Source: an uncultured virus (IMG/VR IMGVR_UViG_3300030389_002325) (taxonomy: Duplodnaviria; Heunggongvirae; Uroviricota; Caudoviricetes; Crassvirales). From it: DNA of 64,000 nt. Below the pieces are notes generated by a model. The model worked only from the letters and a program-made list of their open reading frames with translations. It did no database searches and was not told where the DNA came from. Of this stretch, positions 29,039 through 39,600 are shown piece by piece. Location of the stretch: the IMG/VR virus record IMGVR_UViG_3300030389_002325; one strand, given 5' to 3'. The first letter of the stretch is position 1. Each line of letters starts with the position of its first letter. The position numbers were made by a program, and so were the translations under genes.

Positions 29039-32000
29039 ATGCCAGAAATTAAAAATACTTTTGTAAAGTCTAGTATGAATAAAGATCTAGACGCTAGACT
29101 TTTACCTAATGGCGTTTATAGAGATGCTAAAAATATTAGCATTAGTAGATCTGAAGGCTCTGATGTAGGCGCTTTAGAAAACGTATTAGGTAATAGAAAG
29201 CTTACTAGTTTAAGGACTAATATAGGTTATTTAGAAGATGCTAAGAACACTGCTAAATACTACGCTGTAAGTGGTGATGTAGTATTAAATGGTTTAGATG
29301 TTATTGGTTACCACGTAGATGTAGCTAATGATAGAATATTTTTATTTTTAACTGATTATTCAGATTCTTCTAACGATAGACTAAGTAATTATGCACCAGG
29401 AGATACTATAGGAACTATTCAACCTCCTGGAGGCGGATTCCAACAAAGTAATTTTCTAGCTAAAGGCGCTGCTTGTTACATAGTTCAATATAATGTTTCA
29501 AACAACCAATACAGAGTTCTTCTTGGTGGTAATTTCCTTAATTTTTCTAAAACACATCCAATATTAAGTACAAATATTATTGATAATATGCTTTTTTGGA
29601 CTGACAATAGGAATCAGCCTAGAAAAATAAATATTGATTTTGCTAATAATAATAGCTATGAATTAGCAGTTTTTTATAACCCTTATTACTATAACGAAGA
29701 TCATATATCAGTAGCTAAATTTGCCCCTTTTGAGCCAATAAGTTTTTTATTTGAAAATCCAGCAAATAGTGCAATAGAATCTGGATTAATAAATGCTTCT
29801 ACAGAATATTTAGGAAGTCATATAATAAATACTTTATCGCAAACTACTACCGGTACTCAAGATCCAGCTTTTTTTAATTTTAACGGTTCTCCTTATACAA
29901 CTACTGGAAATAATCCAGACTTAAAAACAGGAGATCAAATAGTATTTCCTATACAAAAAGATTTATCGACAGCTATAAACTCTGAGTTGAAATTTACTAT
30001 AACAAGCGTAGGATCGGGCACAAGCACTAATAGTGTAAGCATATCAGGCGCTGCTGGACAAGATATAGTTCAAAATGCTGTTTTTGAAATAAAAAGAAAA
30101 AATCCTGATTACGATCCAAATTATAAAGGTGATGCTAACTTATTAAAAGATAAATTTACTAGATTTAGTTATAGGTTTAAATATGATGATGGCGAATATT
30201 CATTAATGGCGCCATTTACTCAAGCTGCTTTTATACCTGATCAGTTTGGTCATTTTACAGGTGAAGATGAAACAACTGTATTAAGAACTGGTAATGCTAG
30301 TTTTATGGAAAATGTAGTTTCAAAAATAAAACTTAACATAAAGCTACCTGAATTAGCTACATCAATGAATGTTAGATTAAAAGTAACAGAAATACAAATA
30401 CTAGCTAAAAACTCAGATGAACTTGCTGTTAGAGTTGTAGAAGATGTTCCAGTATCTAAATTATCTACTAATACTACTTCTAACTATGTATATGAATATT
30501 TATCTTCAAAGCCAATAAAAACTTTACCTGAAGCTGATTTAATTAGAGTATCTGATCAAATACCTATAAGAGCTTTAACTCAAGAAGTGTCAGGTAATAG
30601 ATTAATATATGGTAACTTTGTTAACAAGCATGCGACACCTGATTACTTAGAGTATGATATTAGTTATAAAGAAAAAACTAACAATGACTTTACTAAAGAA
30701 TTTCCTAATCATACTGTAAAACAAAATAGAAGTTATCAAGTTGGTGTTGTATTATATGATAGATATGGTAGGGCTTCTAACGTAATATTAAACGACAACT
30801 CTACAGTTAGTACTACCGGTAAAAACTCTACTATATATACACCTTACAAAAACTTTGGAACCAATTCAATACAATATTGGGGTGATTATTTAGAATTTTC
30901 TTTAACAAATCCAATACCTAGTTCAGGTAAAACAGGTTATCCAGGTTTGTATTCGTCAACTAACCCGCTAGGTTATTATAGTTATAGAATTGTAATAAAA
31001 CAACAAGAGCAAGAGTATTATAATGTCTATACCCCAGGCGTTTTAGCTGGAAACATAACTTGGAATGTTAGCACTATAGAAAGAACACCACCTACTACTT
31101 CAGATCCACTTTTATCTACAGAGGAAAGACTAGCTCAACTACCTTCTTTTTTAAATACAAATAGTACATCTATGATAAATCTATTTGGAGATAATATTAA
31201 CAAAGTACCAAGAGAGCTAAATGAAGTAGGAGCAGATGATAAAACTTTTAATAGTACTGTTGTATTATATAATAGGGTTAATCCTAGAGCTTCTATAACT
31301 TCTTTGTATAGTACACAGTCTAAAACTAAAACAAAAGGTGAAAAAGTTGTATCTATAGAGCCTTTTAAAGAATTAGGTGATTGGGCAAAAACTAAAGGAG
31401 AATTATATCCAAGTGGAGATACACAAAGTGTTCCTCAACCTTGGTATCCTTATGTTCCAAATCCAAATCCTCCACTAGGTACTACTACTGATGTTAAATA
31501 TAACTTTTACGATTTATTTTTTAAGGCTCAATCAAACCCATTTATAGCTACTATAGAAACTAGTTTTCAAATAGGAGCTACGCCTACCTATGGTAGTAAA
31601 GAAGGTATACAAAACTCTTGGCAAGATTTAGGTGTTTTTGAAACTAAACCTACTAAATCAGTGCTAGACATATATTACGAAACTTCTAGCTCTGGTTTAA
31701 TATCTGAGTTAAACGATGATGTTGGAACAAATGGACCTTTTAGTTTAAGAGATGCCTCTGATAATGATAGTGTAACAGGTAATTTACAATGGATTTTATC
31801 AGAAAATGACGCGGGTGGATCTGACGCTACTTTGTATTTTCAAGCTTTTACAGAACCTGACCAATTTAATCCTACTGGAACTCAATGTGCAGATCAAAAT
31901 AACACTATGTCTATAGTAAGTGTTGTAGATGGTGCTGGTAATGATAGAAAAACAGAGTTTGAATTGTTTAGAGAAAACACTACTTCTTATAATTTTAAAA

Positions 32001-32596
32001 TAAAAAGTAGTATTTTGGCTGGAGCACTACAGTCTTTATTTATGTTTGGAGAAAATGCTAGTACTTTAGAAAGTTATACTTTTGTCATTAGAGTAACTGC
32101 TAATAATATAACTAATGATATAACGTTAAACAATTTTAGATTAATAAATGATCCACCTGTTTTATCTGCTATGTATTTAAATGGATCTAGTCAGTCTTAC
32201 GATTTAACTTCGCTACCAATACTACCTGCTCAAACACTCTTATATAATGGACCTATAAACACTGCAAATGTTAGTTCATTTGAAGTAATTAGATTTACTG
32301 CTAAAAATGGTAGTGCAGATACTAGTAGAGATACTGAACAACTTTCTGCTACTGTAGTAGATTCAAATAATTTACCACACCCATATCTTTACATAGATAA
32401 TATAAGAGCAAACGGCGCTCAATTAGCTAACAATCAGTTTGTTTTACATCCTAATGCTAATTCTATAAACCAGCTACTTACTCAAAGCGGTCAACAGTTA
32501 ACTACATATTTTAGAGTTAAAGTTTATGATAGTAACCAAACTAGTGTGCCAGCTGGTTTAACAGATTTTAATAGAACTATAACTTTTGAAAAATAG
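29039..32596 (+). CDS. Tail muzzle/stabilisation protein, N-terminal part
   Basis: MNKDLD.RL.P.G.YRDA.N, LFWTDN.NQPRKIN and NRL.YGN. Confidence 0.7.
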   Translation: MPEIKNTFVKSSMNKDLDARLLPNGVYRDAKNISISRSEGSDVGALENVLGNRKLTSLRTNIGYLEDAKNTAKYYAVSGDVVLNGLDVIGYHVDVANDRIFLFLTDYSDSSNDRLSNYAPGDTIGTIQPPGGGFQQSNFLAKGAACYIVQYNVSNNQYRVLLGGNFLNFSKTHPILSTNIIDNMLFWTDNRNQPRKINIDFANNNSYELAVFYNPYYYNEDHISVAKFAPFEPISFLFENPANSAIESGLINASTEYLGSHIINTLSQTTTGTQDPAFFNFNGSPYTTTGNNPDLKTGDQIVFPIQKDLSTAINSELKFTITSVGSGTSTNSVSISGAAGQDIVQNAVFEIKRKNPDYDPNYKGDANLLKDKFTRFSYRFKYDDGEYSLMAPFTQAAFIPDQFGHFTGEDETTVLRTGNASFMENVVSKIKLNIKLPELATSMNVRLKVTEIQILAKNSDELAVRVVEDVPVSKLSTNTTSNYVYEYLSSKPIKTLPEADLIRVSDQIPIRALTQEVSGNRLIYGNFVNKHATPDYLEYDISYKEKTNNDFTKEFPNHTVKQNRSYQVGVVLYDRYGRASNVILNDNSTVSTTGKNSTIYTPYKNFGTNSIQYWGDYLEFSLTNPIPSSGKTGYPGLYSSTNPLGYYSYRIVIKQQEQEYYNVYTPGVLAGNITWNVSTIERTPPTTSDPLLSTEERLAQLPSFLNTNSTSMINLFGDNINKVPRELNEVGADDKTFNSTVVLYNRVNPRASITSLYSTQSKTKTKGEKVVSIEPFKELGDWAKTKGELYPSGDTQSVPQPWYPYVPNPNPPLGTTTDVKYNFYDLFFKAQSNPFIATIETSFQIGATPTYGSKEGIQNSWQDLGVFETKPTKSVLDIYYETSSSGLISELNDDVGTNGPFSLRDASDNDSVTGNLQWILSENDAGGSDATLYFQAFTEPDQFNPTGTQCADQNNTMSIVSVVDGAGNDRKTEFELFRENTTSYNFKIKSSILAGALQSLFMFGENASTLESYTFVIRVTANNITNDITLNNFRLINDPPVLSAMYLNGSSQSYDLTSLPILPAQTLLYNGPINTANVSSFEVIRFTAKNGSADTSRDTEQLSATVVDSNNLPHPYLYIDNIRANGAQLANNQFVLHPNANSINQLLTQSGQQLTTYFRVKVYDSNQTSVPAGLTDFNRTITFEK

Positions 32597-32628
32597 TAAT
32601 ATAATTATAAAATAAGTGATAATATAAT

Positions 32629-34317
32629 ATGGCTGTAGCAATAAAATATTTTAACTCTTTTGTTTTAAAGAAGACTGTTAATGATGTTACTACAGGTAAT
32701 GCTGCCTATAAGCCTGTGTTTCCTGGTTTACCAAATAACCCTAATAATTATCCAGAATTTGGTACTAACGCAAGTAGTGATACTAATGTTATAGGTCCAG
32801 CTGAAGATGGTGGTAGAAACTGGATAGTAGAAGAATCTAGAATAAGAGGTGGATTTAACAATACATCGACTAGCTACGGGCCAAGAGCTTTTTTAATAGA
32901 AACAAGTAATGAGCAGTCTGTTAGAAATAATGCTTTAATATATTCAGGCGTATATAACTCTAGAACAGATTTAAACGAAACTAATGTGTTTTCAATTGGA
33001 GAGCAAATAACTAAAGCAGTTGATCCTATACATGGATCTATACAAAAAATACATGCTTTAGACAGTAATTTAGCTATATTTCAGGAAAATAAAGTTAGTA
33101 ATGCTTTAATAGACAAAGATGCTATTTTTACAGCAGAGGGATCTGCAGCTGTTACATCTAGTAATCTTGTAATAGGCCAAATAACACCTTATGTAGGAGA
33201 ATATGGTATAAGTACAAATCCTGAAAGTTTTGCTTACCATGGATATAGAAGATATTTTACAGATAAATATAGAAACGCTGTAATGAGATTATCAAGAGAT
33301 GGTTTAACTGAAATATCTCAATATGGAATGTCTGATTTTTTTAGAGATCAACTAGCTGATATTAGCAGTGTTTTTAAAGAGTTTACTGTACAAGCTACTA
33401 TATCAGGCTCAGGTTCAAGTCCATCAAGACTAACTGTTAATCCTTCAGCTGATTTAATTCATTTAGAAAAGGGTATGGTTGTTTCTATACCACAATCAAG
33501 CGGAAGTAATATATCAGCTACTATAGTTAGTATTATACAAACTAATATATTATATTTAAGTAACGATCCAGGAACTCCAGCAGTTGGCCAATTAGCTACT
33601 TTTACTAAATTTATAAAAGACAGAATAGTAGGTGGTTGGGATGCTTATAACAATAACTATGTAGTTTCTATGCAAGATAAAGCTGAAGATCCTGAAGCTA
33701 AAAATACTTATAACACTCTATCTTTTGAAGATGATATAAATGCTTGGACAAGTTTTTATACTTATGAACCTGATTTTGTAGCTAGTTTAAAAAATAAATA
33801 TTATAGCTTTCATAATGCTGATATTTACGAACACTATGACCAAACTCAAGGTCATATTAGAAGTACTTTTTATGGTGTTACTGATAATTCAACGATAGAG
33901 TTCATATTTAACAATAATCCAAGTATAGTAAAGAATTTTAAAACTATCAATTATGAAGGTAGCAATGGTTGGCAAGTAGACAGTTTTATTTCTGATTCAG
34001 AAGGTTTTGACTTGCAAAACAGTTCTCAACAACAGTATCAAGACTCTGCTAAGATAATAAGAAGTTATGATGAAGGTTTATATACTGAAAACAATATACC
34101 TTATAGAGTAGGTTTTAATAGAAAAGAAAATAAGTATTTTGCTAATTTAATCAATAATAGTGCAGCTAGGCCAAATGAAGTTTTCTTTGGTGATGCAACA
34201 ACAGGTATTAAAGGTTTTTTAGCAACAGTAAAACTATCAACAGACGCAACTACGGATTTAGGTGGTACTAAAGAGTTGTTTGCTGTATCAACAGAATTTG
34301 TAGTATCATCAAGATAA
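32629..34317 (+). CDS. Tail muzzle/stabilisation protein, C-terminal part
   Basis: GSIQK, GEYGIS.NPESFA, WTSFY.Y.P and K.FKTINYEG. Confidence 0.7.
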   Translation: MAVAIKYFNSFVLKKTVNDVTTGNAAYKPVFPGLPNNPNNYPEFGTNASSDTNVIGPAEDGGRNWIVEESRIRGGFNNTSTSYGPRAFLIETSNEQSVRNNALIYSGVYNSRTDLNETNVFSIGEQITKAVDPIHGSIQKIHALDSNLAIFQENKVSNALIDKDAIFTAEGSAAVTSSNLVIGQITPYVGEYGISTNPESFAYHGYRRYFTDKYRNAVMRLSRDGLTEISQYGMSDFFRDQLADISSVFKEFTVQATISGSGSSPSRLTVNPSADLIHLEKGMVVSIPQSSGSNISATIVSIIQTNILYLSNDPGTPAVGQLATFTKFIKDRIVGGWDAYNNNYVVSMQDKAEDPEAKNTYNTLSFEDDINAWTSFYTYEPDFVASLKNKYYSFHNADIYEHYDQTQGHIRSTFYGVTDNSTIEFIFNNNPSIVKNFKTINYEGSNGWQVDSFISDSEGFDLQNSSQQQYQDSAKIIRSYDEGLYTENNIPYRVGFNRKENKYFANLINNSAARPNEVFFGDATTGIKGFLATVKLSTDATTDLGGTKELFAVSTEFVVSSR

Positions 34318-34327
34318 AAATATAATT

Positions 34328-35128
34328 ATGGGTGAAATATTAAGTTTTTTTGCAGATAATCCTCAAGTAGCAGCTTCAATAGCTAAAAGTGTACCAGCTA
34401 TAATAGGAGCACATCAAGCTAATAAAGCTAAAAATGCTATAGAAGGAACAGATGGTTATCGAGAAAAATTAGAAAATTTAGAAAGAAACAGGCAAAAGCT
34501 AGTTAATCCCTACGCTACTGTTAGTAATCCTTTTGCTAATTTGCAAGTAGCTACTAAAGCTGCTGAAATGCAAGCCGAACAATCAGATATTGCTTTAGCA
34601 AATACTTTAGATATGTTAAGACAAACTGGTGGTGGTGGAGCAACTGCTTTAGCTCAAGCTGCTTTAAGATCTAAACAAGGCATATCAGCTAGTATACAAC
34701 AACAAGAAGCTCAAAACCAAAGATTAGAAGCTCAAGGTCAATTACAGGTAGATATGGCTAAAGCTAGAGGAGCTGCTGGAATAATGGGTATGAAAGAAAG
34801 AAGAGAGGAAGCTCAACTTGATAGATTACAAGGACAAATAGATTTAGCTCAACAACAAAGAGCTGCTGCTGCAGGTACTGCTGCCGCTGCAGGTGGTTCT
34901 GCAATAGGTGGTTTAGCAAGTTTAATGAAACCAATAGCAGCTAGTTTTGGGAAAGATCCTGTAATAGAAACTAATCTACCTGTAGATCCTGGAATAACTA
35001 GTGGAACAGAAACAGTACCAGGTGCAGGAATTGTAGTAGACGTAGATCCTAATCAAAGTTTATTTTCAGATGATTCAGGACTTTTTGGATCACAAATTAC
35101 TGGGCTACCTGGAAGCGGTGGTGGTTAG
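34328..35128 (+). CDS. Putative ejection/internal virion protein
   Basis: Ala/Gln/Gly-rich coiled coil; position after the tail genes. Confidence 0.55.
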   Translation: MGEILSFFADNPQVAASIAKSVPAIIGAHQANKAKNAIEGTDGYREKLENLERNRQKLVNPYATVSNPFANLQVATKAAEMQAEQSDIALANTLDMLRQTGGGGATALAQAALRSKQGISASIQQQEAQNQRLEAQGQLQVDMAKARGAAGIMGMKERREEAQLDRLQGQIDLAQQQRAAAAGTAAAAGGSAIGGLASLMKPIAASFGKDPVIETNLPVDPGITSGTETVPGAGIVVDVDPNQSLFSDDSGLFGSQITGLPGSGGG

Positions 35129-35152
35129 TAATAAATTAAAAATAAAATAATT

Positions 35153-36652
35153 ATGGAAGAATTTTATAATCCACCAAGAAGAAGAATACCTAGACAATAT
35201 AGTTATAGAGGTTCATATAGAAGACCAGGTTCTATTAGAGAAAGTTTTAATCCAGCTGCTAATATATTATCTGCTATAGAAGATGCTGAAGGAAAGTTTG
35301 TTAAAAGAAGAAAAGATATAAATTTATTCGAACAACAAGCTATGGATAGAAGATTAAAGCTTCAAGAAATGGTTGATGATACTAAAACAATGGATGAAAA
35401 TCCATTTAAAACTCAAATGACTCAAGAGTTTAGCCAAATGGTAGATGATTTATACAAAGCTGATATTGAAAGTTTTGATGGCGATAGAACTAGTTACATG
35501 CAAAAAGCTAATAATGCTCAAAAAGTAATAGGAGATTTTCAAAAAATAGTTGGTTTAATTGATGCAGATGTTGATGAGTATAGAGATAAAAGTCCAGCTG
35601 AACTTGAAAAACTAGTTTTAAGGTCTCAATTTGCAGGCAAAAATGGTATGAAAAGAAAAGATTATCAAGCTTTTTTAAATGATCCATCTAAAATGGGCAT
35701 GAGAATACAAAATGGTGAATTGATCATTACTAACAATGGTAAAGATTTATTTAATGGTACTAGATATTTAAATTCTAAGAAAAATGGTTATAGTTTATTA
35801 GAATATGGAGATGATTATACTAAACAAATAGACGCTGCTGCAAAAGACGCTATGCAAGGTGTTGGAGATTTAGCTATTATAAGAAAGTATGAAAGACTAG
35901 CTGATGAAGGTAAAAAGCTTAACACTTTTACAGATGTAGATTATAGAAAAGCAGTTGAAGCTTATAGAGATAACTTAATGAAAAGTGATAAAATAGATGC
36001 ACTTATCAACGAATCTACATTTCAGAGATACGGAACAAGTACAGACGTTTATAATGCAGATAAACATTTTGAAGAAACTAAAAAAGCTATTATAGATGAT
36101 TTAGTTAAAAAACAATTTCCAACTGCTTACCGTACTAAACAAATAGTTAGCAAACTTGTAACTCCAAAAGATAATAAAGAAGAAGAAAAAGATTTAACAA
36201 CTGAAGAAAAATTTGATTTTAGTTTAATACAAAGTATACAAGATCAAAGTATAGATGCTTTTAAAAATCAAAAAGAAGTTCCAAGTACATTAGAAACTAA
36301 AGCTAGAGGAGCTTTACTTAAAGATTTTAAAAATAAAGAAATTAAAATAGGTAGAACTAAATACCAAATATATGATTTTGATGTAATGAGAAATGATAAT
36401 GGTACTTTAAAATTCCAACCTTTAATAGTTGATATGAGAACTAAAGAAAAAATACCAGCTCCCGCAACTTACGATGTTAATAAAATTGTAGATTTTGCAA
36501 ATGATTTAGAACAAGGTGATGATTTACAATATAATGTTATTCAAGTGTCTACTCCGCAAGAAGCAATGGAATTAAATCCTGGTTCAGTTTTTTCTCTTGA
36601 AGGTAAAAAATATATAGTAACAAAGAAAGGCTCAGCTAAACCTATAGATTAA
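35153..36652 (+). CDS. Putative ejection/internal virion protein
   Basis: Helical 499-aa ORF between ejection-type genes. Confidence 0.5.
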   Translation: MEEFYNPPRRRIPRQYSYRGSYRRPGSIRESFNPAANILSAIEDAEGKFVKRRKDINLFEQQAMDRRLKLQEMVDDTKTMDENPFKTQMTQEFSQMVDDLYKADIESFDGDRTSYMQKANNAQKVIGDFQKIVGLIDADVDEYRDKSPAELEKLVLRSQFAGKNGMKRKDYQAFLNDPSKMGMRIQNGELIITNNGKDLFNGTRYLNSKKNGYSLLEYGDDYTKQIDAAAKDAMQGVGDLAIIRKYERLADEGKKLNTFTDVDYRKAVEAYRDNLMKSDKIDALINESTFQRYGTSTDVYNADKHFEETKKAIIDDLVKKQFPTAYRTKQIVSKLVTPKDNKEEEKDLTTEEKFDFSLIQSIQDQSIDAFKNQKEVPSTLETKARGALLKDFKNKEIKIGRTKYQIYDFDVMRNDNGTLKFQPLIVDMRTKEKIPAPATYDVNKIVDFANDLEQGDDLQYNVIQVSTPQEAMELNPGSVFSLEGKKYIVTKKGSAKPID

Positions 36653-36656
36653 TAAT

Positions 36657-39600
36657 ATGTCTGAAGAAATATTAATTGAAAATTTATTTAAAGACTCAAC
36701 TACCAAAAAAGATTTAGCTGTAGATAATGAAATTTCTATAAATGAATTATTTGGAGTTGAAGAACCACCTATAGAATTACAAACTGATAAAGAGTTTATT
36801 TTTGAAAATGAAGATATAAACAAACCTGTAGAAGATAAAGAATCAAGAATAAAAGAACTAAAATCTCAACTTGAAGTTGAAGACAAAGAGCTATTTGTAC
36901 CTTTAAATGAATTAAAAAAAGATAGACAAAAAAGATTTGATGATAGGTTCGTTAAAATAAAAGAACTTCAAGAACTTACTAACTCTCCTCAATTACAAGA
37001 ACTAGAAAATATAGTAAAGTTTGATGAAGAAGAACAAGCTGTTCCTAAATTAAGACAATTATATTCTGAGTTTGGTTTAAGATTTGTTCCAGCTGGACTA
37101 GGTGATGCTATGCAAGTTTACACTGATAAAGATAAAGATGGTATAATTATAGATTTAGATACATTTACATATAAAGGTGCAGAAGAAGAAGTTAAAAAAC
37201 TTAAAGATTATATTAGTAATAATAAAACAGATTTTGATAAAACTACCATTAATAAGTTAAAAAATGCTAAAGGTAATCCAACAGCTTTTTTAAATCTTTA
37301 CAATGAAAACGTAATAAAAGAAGAAAATGAAAAAATTCAAAGTAATTTAAATTATTTTGACAAAGAGTTAGATAAATTAAATGTAGAGCAAAAAGATTTT
37401 AACGAGCAAGTTGTTAAGTTTGAATATGAAGTAGATAAGGGTTTAATAACTAAAGAACAAGCTACCCAAACTCAGAAAGACTTAATAATAAAACAAAATG
37501 AATTAAATAGCAAAAGATCTGGTTTAAAATCTTATTTTGAAAAAGATATACAAGGTTTAGCTTCAGATATAAATTCTATACAAGCAGAACAAACATCAGT
37601 ATTAGCTGATAGAGGAACTTGGGTTGAATCTTGGTATAATACTGTTTTAGATGTTCCTGACTTATTAAACAGAGTAAGTGTAGATGTTACTAATGTCATT
37701 AAAGACGGTATAGTAGATATAAAAAAATATACAGGTTTAATCGACTCTGATGAGGCAGAAAAGCAAAGAGCTAAAAACGAATTAGAGAAAAATATTAGAA
37801 ATGAGTTTTCTCTTAAAGATGAAATAGGTTCTGATATAACAAATGAATACCAACAAAAATTTCAAGAAACAACCTTTGGAGCTGTTAGTACTTCTATAGT
37901 TCAAATGTTAGCTTCTTCTTTAATAGCACCTGGTACTGGACCTGCTACATTTGGAGCTGTAATGGGAGGGCAAGAAGCAGGAAGAGTTTTAAAAGAAATG
38001 GACGCACCTGCTTTTGATGATGTGCCTGACTGGCAAAAGGTTGCTTTTGCTAGCTCAGTAGGTGTTGCTGTAGCTAAATTAGAGAAAATTGGAGCTAGCG
38101 CTATTATTGGTAAAAACCCTTTAGCTAAGAGAATTGTTTTAAATGTATTAAAAAAACAAGGTAATAAAAAAGTAGCAAGTGGTACTATAAAAGATATAAT
38201 AGAGCAAACTATTGAAAATAAATTTTTAAGAGGAGGTTTTTCTGTAGGTGTAGGAGGAGGAATGGAAGGTGTTACTGAAGTTGCTCAAGAAGTTACTGAA
38301 GTTGGTTTTAAAAATGCTTTTAATGAAGTTAAAAATGTTTTTAGAGAAGACGATAAAGAGTTTTTTACAAAAGAACAAACTGAGCTTGATAAAGATAATT
38401 TATTACAAGCATTTAAAGTAGGTACATTAGCCGGTGGAGCTTTTGGAACTATGAATGCTTTTGTAGAAGCTTCTAATAGAAAAGTTGTTGATCAATTAAA
38501 TGAAGAGCAGTACAAAAGAGCTAGAGCTTTTTATACAGATCCTCAAAGTTTAAAAAACTACAGCACTAAAATAAGAATAGAATATGCTAAAGGTAATATA
38601 ACTAAAGATCAATTAAGGAACGAGGAAAGGTCTATAAGAGAACTAGGTGGAATATTTAGAGAAATAAGAAAGTCTACTAGATTAACTACTGAAGGAGAAA
38701 AAAGAGTTTTTTCATTAATACAACAGAAAAAAGCTTTACAAAAGCAAATAAATGAAGCTGAAGATAAATCTTTAGTTGCTAAACAAAAAGAGTCAATATC
38801 TGAAATAAACTCTCAAATAGAAAATATAATTAAAGATCCTACTTATGATTTTGATAAATCATTTGCTAGACTTAAAGAAGTTACTAAAGTTGAAGCTGAA
38901 AAGGCTGGTAAAGAGTTTAAAGTTTTAAATGACACTAATTTTAATAAAGAGTTATCTAATTTAGGTTTAGATGAATCTAATTATAAAGGAAGCACTGGTT
39001 ATATACATACAGATGGTAATATATACATAAATGAAACTGTAGCTGAAAATTTAAGAGAAATACCAGTTACTTCTCATGAGCTACTACATGGTATATTAAA
39101 CAAACAGCTTTCTAATAAAACCAAAGAACAAAGTGAACAAATAGTAAAAGATTTTAAAAGCAAACTAAATAAATCTCAAAGACAAGCAGTTAATAAAAGA
39201 CTACAAGAAGCTTACGGTAAGTCAGAAGACGATGCTACTAGTCAAGAGTGGTTTACAGCTTTGTCTGATGGTATAGTTAATAATGAAGTCTCTTTTGAAG
39301 AAAGTGGTTTTCAGTCTTTAGGTAGGTTATTAACAAACGTGTTTTTAAAACCATTTGGCTATAAAAATGCTAGTTTTAAAAATGGCAGACAGGCTTTTAA
39401 TTTTGTTAGAGATTACGCTAATCAATCAAAAGCAATAGCAGAAGGTAAGCAGCAAACTTTTGAAGGTCAAGTAGGTGAAATAGTTTCTGAAGGAATATCA
39501 ACTGCGCCAAAAGGCGCTATGAGTAGAAAAGATTTAACTAATCTTGCTAAATCTTATAAATCAGATCCAGCAGAAGCTGATATAGAACAACTAATACAAC